Made by a program: the position numbers and the translations under genes. Below, one piece after another: positions 19,796 to 28,551 of a DNA stretch of 64,000 nucleotides; the stretch's first letter is position 1; each line of letters opens with the position of its first letter. The stretch spans positions 40,908-104,907 of the forward strand of contig JBDRCO010000089.1 of assembly GCA_043821645.1 (NCBI GenBank), written 5' to 3'. Source of the DNA: Pseudomonadota bacterium (lineage in GTDB: Bacteria > Myxococcota > JACRCW01 > JAFGSX01). The notes under the pieces were generated by a model. It did no database searches, was not told the origin of the DNA, and saw only the letters and a program-made list of their open reading frames with translations.

Positions 19796-22700
19796 ATGCA
19801 CGCCACACTCGGAATAGATCTGGGTTCGGTCAACATCAAGCTCTGCCTGCTGCAGCCCGATAGCGTACCGCGTGTGGTGGTCCTGCCCCACGAGGGAGAC
19901 ATCGGCCGCACCGTGCGCCGTCTTTTCGACGAGCTCGGTGTGGATCCGGAAAGAACAGACCTGCGCGGTCTGGTCACCGGCACCGAGGGCCGGCACCGTG
20001 TGAACCTGCCACAGGAGATCGCGCCCGTGTGCGTCGAGGCCGGTCTGCGGGCCCTGGATCTGCGACCGCGCGCCGTGGTGTCGCTGGGCGGCGAAGACCT
20101 CGCCGTTTACGGCCTCGACGCGCAGGGCAGGGTGATCAGCACCACCGCGGGCAACAAGTGTGCCTCGGGCACCGGCGAGTTTCTGGCCCAGCAGCTTGGC
20201 CGCATGGACCTGCGCATCGCGGACCTGGACCGCGTGGCCGAGGGCGCCTGCGTGCACAAGCTCAGTGCGCGCTGCTCGGTGTTCATGAAGTCAGATTGCA
20301 CGCATCGCCTGAACAAGGGCGAGGCCAGCAAGGGCGACATCGCGCTGTCCTTGAGCAAGGTCATGGCCGACAAGGTCGGCGAGTTCCTGCTGCGCGCCCA
20401 CATCCTCGACGGACAGGTCGTGCTCGTCGGCGGCGTGACGCGCAACCGCCACCTGCTGCGCTTCCTGCAAGAGGGATGTCCACAGGTCGAGTTCGTGGTG
20501 CCCGAGCTGGCGCCCACCTTCGAGGCCTTCGGCGCGGCTCTGCTGGCGCGCGATCAGGGAGCCGCGCTGCCTGCCCTGGATCGCCTGGTGGGCCCGGCGC
20601 GTGGCCTCGAACTTCCGGTGTTCCAGCCCTTGGACAGCGTTGGCGAGCGCGTTCGCTATGCCAGCAGCATGCGCGGGACCTTCGACCCCGAAGCCGAGTA
20701 CATCCTGGGCATCGACGGCGGTTCCACCACCACCAAGGTGGCCCTGATCCATGCCACGACCCTGCAGATCGTGGCTGCGCACTACGGCCGCACCCACGGC
20801 GACCCGGTGGCCGCACTCAAGAGCTGCCTGCGCGAGGTGCAGATCCAGCTCGGTGGGGCCCGGCCGCGCATCGTGCTCGCCGCCACCACCGGCTCCTCGC
20901 GCGAATTACTGGGTGTGTTTGCCCAGACCCCGGGCGTGTACAACGAGATCATCGCCCACGCCGTGGGCACCACCTACTTCGAGCCCGAGGTCGACACCCT
21001 GTTCGAGATCGGTGGCCAGGACGCCAAGTACGTGCTGCTGCACAACGGTGTGCCCATCGACTACGCCATGAACGAGGCCTGCAGCGCGGGCACCGGCTCT
21101 TTTCTCGAGGAGAGCGCGGCGGGCGATCTGGACATTCATCGCGCCGAGGACATCGCACCCCTGGCCCTGCGCTCGAAGGCGCCCCTCAAGTTCGGAGAGC
21201 ATTGTTCGGCCTTCATCAACAGCGACATCCGCAAGGCCATACAGCACGGCGCTGGCGTCGAGGACGTGGTGGCGGGGCTGGTCTTCTCCATCGTCGCCAA
21301 CTACCTCAACCGCGTCGTGGGCAACCGCAGCGTCGGCGAGCGCATCGTGCTGCAGGGCGGCGTGGCCAAGAACCCGGCCGTGCCCCTGGCCTTTGCACAG
21401 ATGACGGGCAAGGCCATCACCGTGCCGCCGGATCCCGAGCTCATGGGCTGTTTCGGTGTGGCGCGCCTGGCGGCGCAAAAGGCTGCCGATGGCCTGCTGG
21501 AGCGTGGTGAATTCGACCTCGAGGCACTGGTCAGCAAGGAGATCGTGACACGCGGCGTCACCACCTGCCGGGCCTGCGACAACCTGTGTTCCATCCGTAA
21601 GCTCGAGGTGGGCGGCAAGCGCTACCCCTTTGGCGGACGCTGCTCGCGCTTCACCAACGCGCGCAAGAAGCGCCACGTCGACGAGAAACATGTCGCGGAC
21701 TGGATAACACGCCGTAGCGAGATGCTGTTTCACGACTTCGCGCCCGACCCCGGGACGCTCCAGGCGCGCTCTGACAAGGTGGTGGGCGTGCCCATGGCTT
21801 TCTCGGTGCACAGCTTGTGGCCATTCTACGCCTGGTACTTTCATACCCTGGGCGTGCGCGTGGTGAGGTCACAGCAGGTATCGCCCCTGGGCATCGCCAA
21901 GCAGCAGAGCAACTACTGCTTCCCGGCGGAGATCGCCCATGGCGTGCTGCAGGACGTGCTCGATCAGAACGTGGACTATGTGTTCTTGCCCCAGTTCCGC
22001 GACATGCCGTCGATGGAGCCTGGCGAGGTGCACGCCTGCCTGTGTCCGCTGACCCAGGGCTATCCCTTCTTCGCGCGGCACGCCTTCGACCTCGACGACA
22101 GCCAGATGCTGCGTCCCCTGGTCAGCTTCAAGCACGGCTGGGGCGCCAGCCAGCACGCCTTCGAGGACCTGGCCGAGCAGCTGGGCTTCACCCGGGCGCA
22201 GGGTGGTGCTGCTTATCTGCGCGCGATCACGGAGCAGCAGCGCTACGAGGCTGCGTACCGGCGCTTGGGTGATGAGGTGCTGGCCGAGATCCAGGCGCAC
22301 CCAGAACGCTCCTACGTCGCGCTCATGGGCCGGCCCTACAACGCCTTTACCCGCGACGCCAACATGGGTATTCCGCGCAAGTTCACGTCGCTGGGCATCC
22401 ACGTGGTGCCCTACGATCTGCTGGTGCAGCCGGACGCCGCGATCCCGCCCAATAACTACTGGTATTTCGGTCAGCACAACATGAAGGCCGCGCGCTGCCT
22501 GCGCGACATCCCCAACCTTCACCTGTGCTGGGTCAGCAACTTCTCCTGCGCGCCGGATTCGTTCTTGCTGCACTACGTGCGCTGGATGATGGGCAAGAAA
22601 CCCTACCTGGTGCTCGAGATGGACAGCCACACGGCGGACGCCGGACTGGACACGCGCATCGAGGCCTTCCTGGACATCGTCGAGAGCTACCGTCGCGCCG

Positions 22701-24106
22701 GCGGAGAGGTCGGGAAAGAGCGCGGACCGCGCCGCCTGACCATCGAAGCCAAGGCCGAGTTCTGCGACGTGGTCGACAGGGTGACCGGTGAACGCGTGGA
22801 CATCCGCGACCCGCGGGTTGTGGTGGTGTGGCCCTCCATGGGCGATCTGGGTGTCCAGGCTGCGCGCGTGGCCTCGGCCCGCAACGGTCTACGCAGCGAG
22901 GGCCTGCCAGTGCCAGACCGCCAGTCCACCCAGCTTGTGCGGCAGGTGGCCTCGGGCAAGGAGTACATCCCGGCGCTGCTGGTGCTGGGGTCTGTGCTGC
23001 AGTTCTTCCAGCGCCGCACTCCCAGCCGCCCCGACGAGATCGTGGTGGTGCTGGTGCCCTCGACGCTGGGCCCCTGCCGGACTGGCCAGTACCACGTGTT
23101 CTACGAGCAGGTGTACGAGGACCTCGGCTGGGACAACGTGGTGCAGTTCGTGGGCTCGAGCGAGAACTCGTATCGCGAGATGGGGCCGACCACAGCGCGG
23201 GATGTTTGGCGCTCGCTGGCGCTCAGCGACACCTTCACCGACGTGCGCCTGGGCCTGCGCCTGCTCGCCACCGACGTGCCGCGGGCGCTGCAGATCTTCG
23301 ACGAGGAGTGGCAGCGCGTTCTCCAGGGCTTCGAGCAGGGTGGGCAGGCTCTCGACCGCGCCGTGCGCCAGGCCTCGCGGCGACTCGGCGCCATCCCGCG
23401 GCGACGCAGCCTCGATCAGCTCAAGAAGGTGCTGGTGGTGGGTGAGATCTACGTCCGCCGCGACACCTTCTCGGTGCAGGAGTTGACCGATTATCTCGTC
23501 GACAGCGACATCTTCCCCAAGGTCACAGGCGTGACCGAGTGGATCTACTACACCGACTACGCGCGCAAGGCCTTGCTCAAGGAACAAGTGCAGCGTGACG
23601 GCGTGCGCCGAGCTCTCGAGGAGGGCGCCCTGCTTGGCGCCAGCCAGTACGTGGTCGAGAAGGCCTGGAAGCACTGGGTCGAGCACAAGGTGCGCGCGCT
23701 GTTCGTGAAGAACGGTTTGGTGCCCGACGTGCCTCACGACATGGATCGCATCATCGAGGAGGGCCGCCACGACTTCGTCGAACCCGAGCTCGAGAGTGAG
23801 GCCACCGTGTCACCCGCCGTCGCCGCGGCCGGGATGAAGAACGGCTACTCGGGGGTGGCCATCATCGCGCCCTTCGGCTGCCTGCCTGGGCGCCTCATCG
23901 AGGGCGTGTACGCACCCTGGGCCAAGGCCCGCGGCTATCCGGTCATCGCCCTCGAGAACGACGGCCAGCCCTATCCGCCCAGCACCCTGGCGCGGATGGA
24001 GGTCTTCGCGCACAACGTGCAGCGCTACCATGGGGAGGATGTGGGCCCAGCCACCCGGCTGCAGGCAGCGGGCACGCAGGGCGCACCACGGTCGAGCGCC
24101 CGGTGA
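19796..24106 (+). CDS. Acyl-CoA dehydratase activase-type multidomain protein (2x BadF/BcrAD ATPase + DUF2229-like region)
   Basis: GIDLGS, NKCASGTGEF, GIDGGSTTTK, EIGGQDAK, MNEACSAGTGSF, CxxCxNxC, CFPAEIAHG, FSCAPD. Confidence 0.88.
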   Translation: MHATLGIDLGSVNIKLCLLQPDSVPRVVVLPHEGDIGRTVRRLFDELGVDPERTDLRGLVTGTEGRHRVNLPQEIAPVCVEAGLRALDLRPRAVVSLGGEDLAVYGLDAQGRVISTTAGNKCASGTGEFLAQQLGRMDLRIADLDRVAEGACVHKLSARCSVFMKSDCTHRLNKGEASKGDIALSLSKVMADKVGEFLLRAHILDGQVVLVGGVTRNRHLLRFLQEGCPQVEFVVPELAPTFEAFGAALLARDQGAALPALDRLVGPARGLELPVFQPLDSVGERVRYASSMRGTFDPEAEYILGIDGGSTTTKVALIHATTLQIVAAHYGRTHGDPVAALKSCLREVQIQLGGARPRIVLAATTGSSRELLGVFAQTPGVYNEIIAHAVGTTYFEPEVDTLFEIGGQDAKYVLLHNGVPIDYAMNEACSAGTGSFLEESAAGDLDIHRAEDIAPLALRSKAPLKFGEHCSAFINSDIRKAIQHGAGVEDVVAGLVFSIVANYLNRVVGNRSVGERIVLQGGVAKNPAVPLAFAQMTGKAITVPPDPELMGCFGVARLAAQKAADGLLERGEFDLEALVSKEIVTRGVTTCRACDNLCSIRKLEVGGKRYPFGGRCSRFTNARKKRHVDEKHVADWITRRSEMLFHDFAPDPGTLQARSDKVVGVPMAFSVHSLWPFYAWYFHTLGVRVVRSQQVSPLGIAKQQSNYCFPAEIAHGVLQDVLDQNVDYVFLPQFRDMPSMEPGEVHACLCPLTQGYPFFARHAFDLDDSQMLRPLVSFKHGWGASQHAFEDLAEQLGFTRAQGGAAYLRAITEQQRYEAAYRRLGDEVLAEIQAHPERSYVALMGRPYNAFTRDANMGIPRKFTSLGIHVVPYDLLVQPDAAIPPNNYWYFGQHNMKAARCLRDIPNLHLCWVSNFSCAPDSFLLHYVRWMMGKKPYLVLEMDSHTADAGLDTRIEAFLDIVESYRRAGGEVGKERGPRRLTIEAKAEFCDVVDRVTGERVDIRDPRVVVVWPSMGDLGVQAARVASARNGLRSEGLPVPDRQSTQLVRQVASGKEYIPALLVLGSVLQFFQRRTPSRPDEIVVVLVPSTLGPCRTGQYHVFYEQVYEDLGWDNVVQFVGSSENSYREMGPTTARDVWRSLALSDTFTDVRLGLRLLATDVPRALQIFDEEWQRVLQGFEQGGQALDRAVRQASRRLGAIPRRRSLDQLKKVLVVGEIYVRRDTFSVQELTDYLVDSDIFPKVTGVTEWIYYTDYARKALLKEQVQRDGVRRALEEGALLGASQYVVEKAWKHWVEHKVRALFVKNGLVPDVPHDMDRIIEEGRHDFVEPELESEATVSPAVAAAGMKNGYSGVAIIAPFGCLPGRLIEGVYAPWAKARGYPVIALENDGQPYPPSTLARMEVFAHNVQRYHGEDVGPATRLQAAGTQGAPRSSAR

Positions 24107-25872
24107 CCGAGACGACGCTCCCCCACAGCGGAGCCACCTTTGGCAGCTACGACCTGATCGAGCTGCTGGGCAGCGGCGGCATGGGCGAGGTCTGGCTGGC
24201 GCGGCATCGCCTGATGCAACGCCCGGCCGCCGTCAAGCTGATCCGCCCCGACGTGCTGCGCGGCGCCGACGCCGAGCAATCGCGCACGGTGCTGCGGCGC
24301 TTCGAGCGCGAGGTGCGCGCCACCGCGGCCCTGCGCTCGCCCAACACCATCTCGATCTACGATTTCGGTGTGGCCGAAGATGGCACCTTCTACTACGCCA
24401 TGGAGCTTCTCGAGGGCCTCAACCTGCAGGCCATGGTGCACCATGCTGGCCCGCTGCCCGTCGAGCGCGCTGTGCACTTTCTGCTCCAGGCCTGCGACTC
24501 CCTGGGTGAGGCCCATGGCCAGGGTCTGGTCCACCGCGACATCAAGCCGGGCAACCTGTTCTCCTGTCGCCTCGGCTTGCGCCACGACGTGCTCAAGGTG
24601 CTCGACTTCGGTCTGGTCAAGCTGGACACGGCACCCGACGCGCGAACCCAGCTCACCGCCGACGGCATGATGCTCGGGACCCCCGCCTTCATGGCGCCTG
24701 AGATGGCCCGCGGTAAGGCCAGTCTGGACGGTCGCTGCGATCTGTACGCCCTGGGCTGCGTGGCCCACTGGCTGGTCACCGGCAAGCTGCTCTTCGACGA
24801 CGACTCGCCCATAGGCGTGGTCATGGCGCACCTGACCGACGAGCCCGAGCCGCCGTCGAAACACAGCGCGATGCCCATCCCCGCGGCGTTCGACGAGGTG
24901 GTCCTGCGCTGTCTGCAGAAGAAGCCCGAGGACAGGTACCAGTCTGCCCGTGAGCTGGCAGCAGCGCTCGAGGCCATCCCCCTCGCACCTCGCTGGACCG
25001 TCGAGCGCGCCGAGACCTGGTGGTCCGAGCACTCGCCAGCCCAGGTCGAGCCGGCGCAGAAGGCCATCAGCGATCACCTGTCCGTGCTTCGCCCTGACCA
25101 GGCAGCCGACGCCCCGAATGCGCCCCGACCGGTGGCCAAGAAGGTGCTCGAAGCCGAGCGCGAGCGCGCCATCTCCGAGCTGCGCGCGCACTTTGTCGAG
25201 AGCCACATCGACGCCACCATGCTGCAGCAGCGCATCGGCCTGGCAGAAGACGCCGCGGACGTGGATGCACTCGATCGCATCTTCGCGGACCTGCCACAGC
25301 TTCCTCCGGGCACAGCCCTGGTACCAGTGGCGGCAGATCTGCCTGTTCCCGTCGCCACGCCGGACGAGCCTGTCCCCCTGGCCCTGCGCGACCCCGCGGC
25401 TTCACGCAGCCTGATCTCGGTCTTCTCGGGCCGCAACCTGGCCGGTACCTGGCGTCCGCCCAAGCAGCTACGCATCATCAATGTGTTCGGTGGCGCCCAG
25501 ATCGACCTGCGCCAGGCCCAGCTACAGCCCGGCTGCACCACCATCCGGACCTTCAGCGTCTTTGGGGGCTGCGAGGTGGTGGTGCCCCCCGACCTGTACG
25601 TCGAGGTGGATGGGGTGGGCGTGCTGGGCGCGTTCGAGGAACCCTCCAACTCGAAGGCGCAGCCGCCGCAAGGGTCCACGCCCTGGGTGCGTGTGACCGG
25701 CTTCGCCGTCCTGGGCGGTGTCGGCGTCAAGGTCAAGGGTCCGGACAAACCCGGTCTGCTGCAGCGCCTCGAGCTGCTCCTCGACCCCGAGAGCGACGAC
25801 GGCGACAGGGAGGACAGCGACGGCGACGCGCCGCGCGCCTTGCCACCGCACACGACGTCCAAACCATCCTGA
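24103..25872 (+). CDS. Hanks-type Ser/Thr protein kinase fused to DUF1707-like and LiaF-C/DUF2154-like domains
   Basis: GSGGMGEV, AVK, HRDIKPGN, DFGLVK, GTPAFMAPE; C-terminal ERERAISELRAHF...DLP and VFGGAQIDLR...VFGGCEVVVP. Confidence 0.85.
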   Translation: MTETTLPHSGATFGSYDLIELLGSGGMGEVWLARHRLMQRPAAVKLIRPDVLRGADAEQSRTVLRRFEREVRATAALRSPNTISIYDFGVAEDGTFYYAMELLEGLNLQAMVHHAGPLPVERAVHFLLQACDSLGEAHGQGLVHRDIKPGNLFSCRLGLRHDVLKVLDFGLVKLDTAPDARTQLTADGMMLGTPAFMAPEMARGKASLDGRCDLYALGCVAHWLVTGKLLFDDDSPIGVVMAHLTDEPEPPSKHSAMPIPAAFDEVVLRCLQKKPEDRYQSARELAAALEAIPLAPRWTVERAETWWSEHSPAQVEPAQKAISDHLSVLRPDQAADAPNAPRPVAKKVLEAERERAISELRAHFVESHIDATMLQQRIGLAEDAADVDALDRIFADLPQLPPGTALVPVAADLPVPVATPDEPVPLALRDPAASRSLISVFSGRNLAGTWRPPKQLRIINVFGGAQIDLRQAQLQPGCTTIRTFSVFGGCEVVVPPDLYVEVDGVGVLGAFEEPSNSKAQPPQGSTPWVRVTGFAVLGGVGVKVKGPDKPGLLQRLELLLDPESDDGDREDSDGDAPRALPPHTTSKPS

Positions 25873-25929
25873 ACCTTCGTGCCATCGACCACGGGTTCTG
25901 CGGTCGCGCACCCTCGAGAGAGTGCGGAA

Positions 25930-28467
25930 CTATCCGCGGCGCCGACGCAGCAGCAGCAATCCGAGTCCAAGGACCCACCAGGCCCTGTCCGGCATGGCGC
26001 CGCTGGCGCACTGGCAGCCCCCCTCTTCGGGCTTCTCCGGCACGACATCATGTCCCCCGTCACCGGGGCGGACCGCGTCGACGCCGGCACCCGCGTCGTG
26101 CAAGGACGCCGCATCAAGCTGCGACAAGGCGTCCTGCTGAACCGCCGCGTCGGCTTGGGTTGTCGAGTCTGACGCTGCTGCAACATCGGACGGTGTCGAC
26201 GCATCAACCTGTGTCACGGCGTCCGCCTGGGTCGAGGCATCGACCTGGGTCGTCGCATCAGAGCTGGTGCTGCTGTCGGGCGCACTTCCCACATCGACGT
26301 CTGCGCCGCTATCCAGCACAAGGACCGCGTCGTTGCCACCCGCCGCATCGACCGCGCTGGCACTGTCCACACCTGCGCTGGCATCTGACCCGGGACTGAG
26401 GTCGCTGCTGGCACCTGTGTCCGGCGTCGACGCCGCATCTGCTGGCGATGTATCCGGGCTCGATGCCGAATCCAGGGCTGTGGCGGTGTCGGGAGTGGTG
26501 GCGGCGTCGGCGGGTGGGGGCAGATCCGATCCGCCACCGGCGTCGCTGAGGGCGGCATCGGGGGTGACCGCATCAAATCCTGGATTCGCGTCGGACCCGG
26601 AGGTCGCGTCGACCGCGCTGGCAGAGTCCACCCCTGAAGCTGCATCGTCGACGGCAGCGTCGGTCAGAGGGTTGCAGGGGCAATCACCGTCCAGGCACAG
26701 GCCGGGGCCACCACCAGCACAAGCGCAGGGTGTGCCGTTGCCTGTGTTGCTGAAGCTCGTGCAGATCTGCAGATCCGGTGTCACGCAGACGCCAAGGCTG
26801 TCGCACCGGTCGGCCTGCAGATCCTGGTAAGTCCGGCAGGTGGTGGACAGGGCGCCACAGGCGATGTCGCCGCAGGCGGGATCATCGGCAGTTATCTGGT
26901 CGCAGCTACCTGTACCGTCACAGGCTGTGCACAGGTCGCACAGCTGCGTGCTGTCTGGAAAGGCGCAGGCGCGCACGCCGTCGCAGTGTCCGGCACACAG
27001 CCCGGAGCCGCTGCACTCGCCGTCCGGGTCCGTGCCGTCGGCCACAGGCCAGCACTGCCCAAGGTGGTCTGCCACGTCGCAGCGCTCGCAGAAGCCGTTG
27101 CAGGCATCGAGGCAACACACTCCATCGACACAGCTCAGTGCGCCGGCGCAGGGTGCCTGGGTCGAGCAGGTCGCGCCTCTGGGGACAAAAAAGTAGGCGG
27201 CACCCCGCTGGTGGTTCGCCGCGGTCCCGGAGAAGGGCGCACCGACGAGCACGGCACGATCCCGCAGTGCCACGGACCAACCCAGGAGCTCGTTGCCGTC
27301 TGGAGCCGTAGCGACCAGCTTGTCGACCAGGCTCCAGCTCGCGGCGGCGCCCTCGAACAGGTAGGCCGCGCCGGCCGTGAGCAGCGTCGAGCTGTCAACA
27401 CCGTAGGCACCTATGGCCACGGCACCATCCTGGAGAGCCACGGCGCTGCCAAAGAAGTCGCTCGCCGAGCGCGCCGAGGCCTGCAGCTCGACGCGGAAGG
27501 TCCAGGTGCTGGCGCTGCGCGTGAACACGTAGGCCCCGCCGGCGTCGGTGGTGCCGTGGTCGTGGCGACGTGCGCCGATCACAGCCGTGTCACCGGCCAC
27601 GGCGACGGCGGCCCCGAACTCGTCATCGGCAGTCCCGTCGGCGGGGGTCAGCTTGCCCTGCTGGCTCCACGTCGTGCCGGTGCGCGAGAAGACGTAGGCC
27701 GAACCGGTGAGCGCCAGAACAGCGATATCCGTGGGTGCCCCGATCACCACCGTGTCGCCGCTGATGGCCACGGCGCTGCCGAACAGATGATTGGCGGCGA
27801 AGTCGGTGGCCACGAGCTTGGTCTGCTCCTCCCAAGTGGAGCCGTTGAAGACAAAGACGTATGCAGCCCCGCGGTTGCTGTTGGTCGACGAGTTTGCTTC
27901 CTCGTTGTTGGCGCCGACCACGATGGTGTCGCCGTCCAGCGCCACGGCGACGCCAAACTGGTCGATGTTGGCGCGGTCAAGGGCGACCAGCTTGGCGCTC
28001 TGCGTCCAGCTGGAACCGTTGCGAGTGAACACGTAGACCGCCCCTGGCCCTTGTTGCATGCCTGTGGCATCGGCGCGATAGGCGCCAACCACGGCGCGGT
28101 CGCCCTGCAGCGCCACGCTGTAGCCGAATCTCTCCTCCGCCTGCTGGTCCGGCGAACCCACACTGAGCTTGGCCTGCTCGGCCCAGCCGCTCACCGTGCG
28201 CACGTAGACGTAGGCCGCACCAACGTTGATGGTGGTTCCGTTGTCCACGTTCTGCGCTCCGATCAGCGCGGTGTCTCCGTCCAGGGCCACCGAGCGGCCG
28301 AAATCATCACCGGTGATGCCGTCGCCACTGTGCAAGGTGGCAGCCTCGGCCAGGGCTGCGCTGCCAGATCGCGGTGGCGCTGCAGCTTCGATTGGCGCAT
28401 CGAGTTCCAGCTCGGGGGCGCAGGCGCACAGGGCGAGAGCAACAGCGAAAACAGGGCAGCGGGTCAT
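25930..28467 (-). CDS. FG-GAP repeat surface protein with Cys-rich domain, Asp/Ala-rich stalk and MYXO-CTERM-type anchor
   Basis: Seven FG.SVAL.GD...VGA...GAAYVF repeats, CVDGVCC module, C-terminal GGCQCASG-hydrophobic-RRRRG; AGGAG RBS before 28467. Confidence 0.88.
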   Translation of the reverse strand: MTRCPVFAVALALCACAPELELDAPIEAAAPPRSGSAALAEAATLHSGDGITGDDFGRSVALDGDTALIGAQNVDNGTTINVGAAYVYVRTVSGWAEQAKLSVGSPDQQAEERFGYSVALQGDRAVVGAYRADATGMQQGPGAVYVFTRNGSSWTQSAKLVALDRANIDQFGVAVALDGDTIVVGANNEEANSSTNSNRGAAYVFVFNGSTWEEQTKLVATDFAANHLFGSAVAISGDTVVIGAPTDIAVLALTGSAYVFSRTGTTWSQQGKLTPADGTADDEFGAAVAVAGDTAVIGARRHDHGTTDAGGAYVFTRSASTWTFRVELQASARSASDFFGSAVALQDGAVAIGAYGVDSSTLLTAGAAYLFEGAAASWSLVDKLVATAPDGNELLGWSVALRDRAVLVGAPFSGTAANHQRGAAYFFVPRGATCSTQAPCAGALSCVDGVCCLDACNGFCERCDVADHLGQCWPVADGTDPDGECSGSGLCAGHCDGVRACAFPDSTQLCDLCTACDGTGSCDQITADDPACGDIACGALSTTCRTYQDLQADRCDSLGVCVTPDLQICTSFSNTGNGTPCACAGGGPGLCLDGDCPCNPLTDAAVDDAASGVDSASAVDATSGSDANPGFDAVTPDAALSDAGGGSDLPPPADAATTPDTATALDSASSPDTSPADAASTPDTGASSDLSPGSDASAGVDSASAVDAAGGNDAVLVLDSGADVDVGSAPDSSTSSDATTQVDASTQADAVTQVDASTPSDVAAASDSTTQADAAVQQDALSQLDAASLHDAGAGVDAVRPGDGGHDVVPEKPEEGGCQCASGAMPDRAWWVLGLGLLLLRRRRG

Positions 28468-28551
28468 GGGCACTCCTGATTCAGGCCAAGGGGCCGGGGA
28501 CACTAGCATGAAATTCTGCCTGGGGTCCGTACGCGGAGGGGGCTGCGCCGA

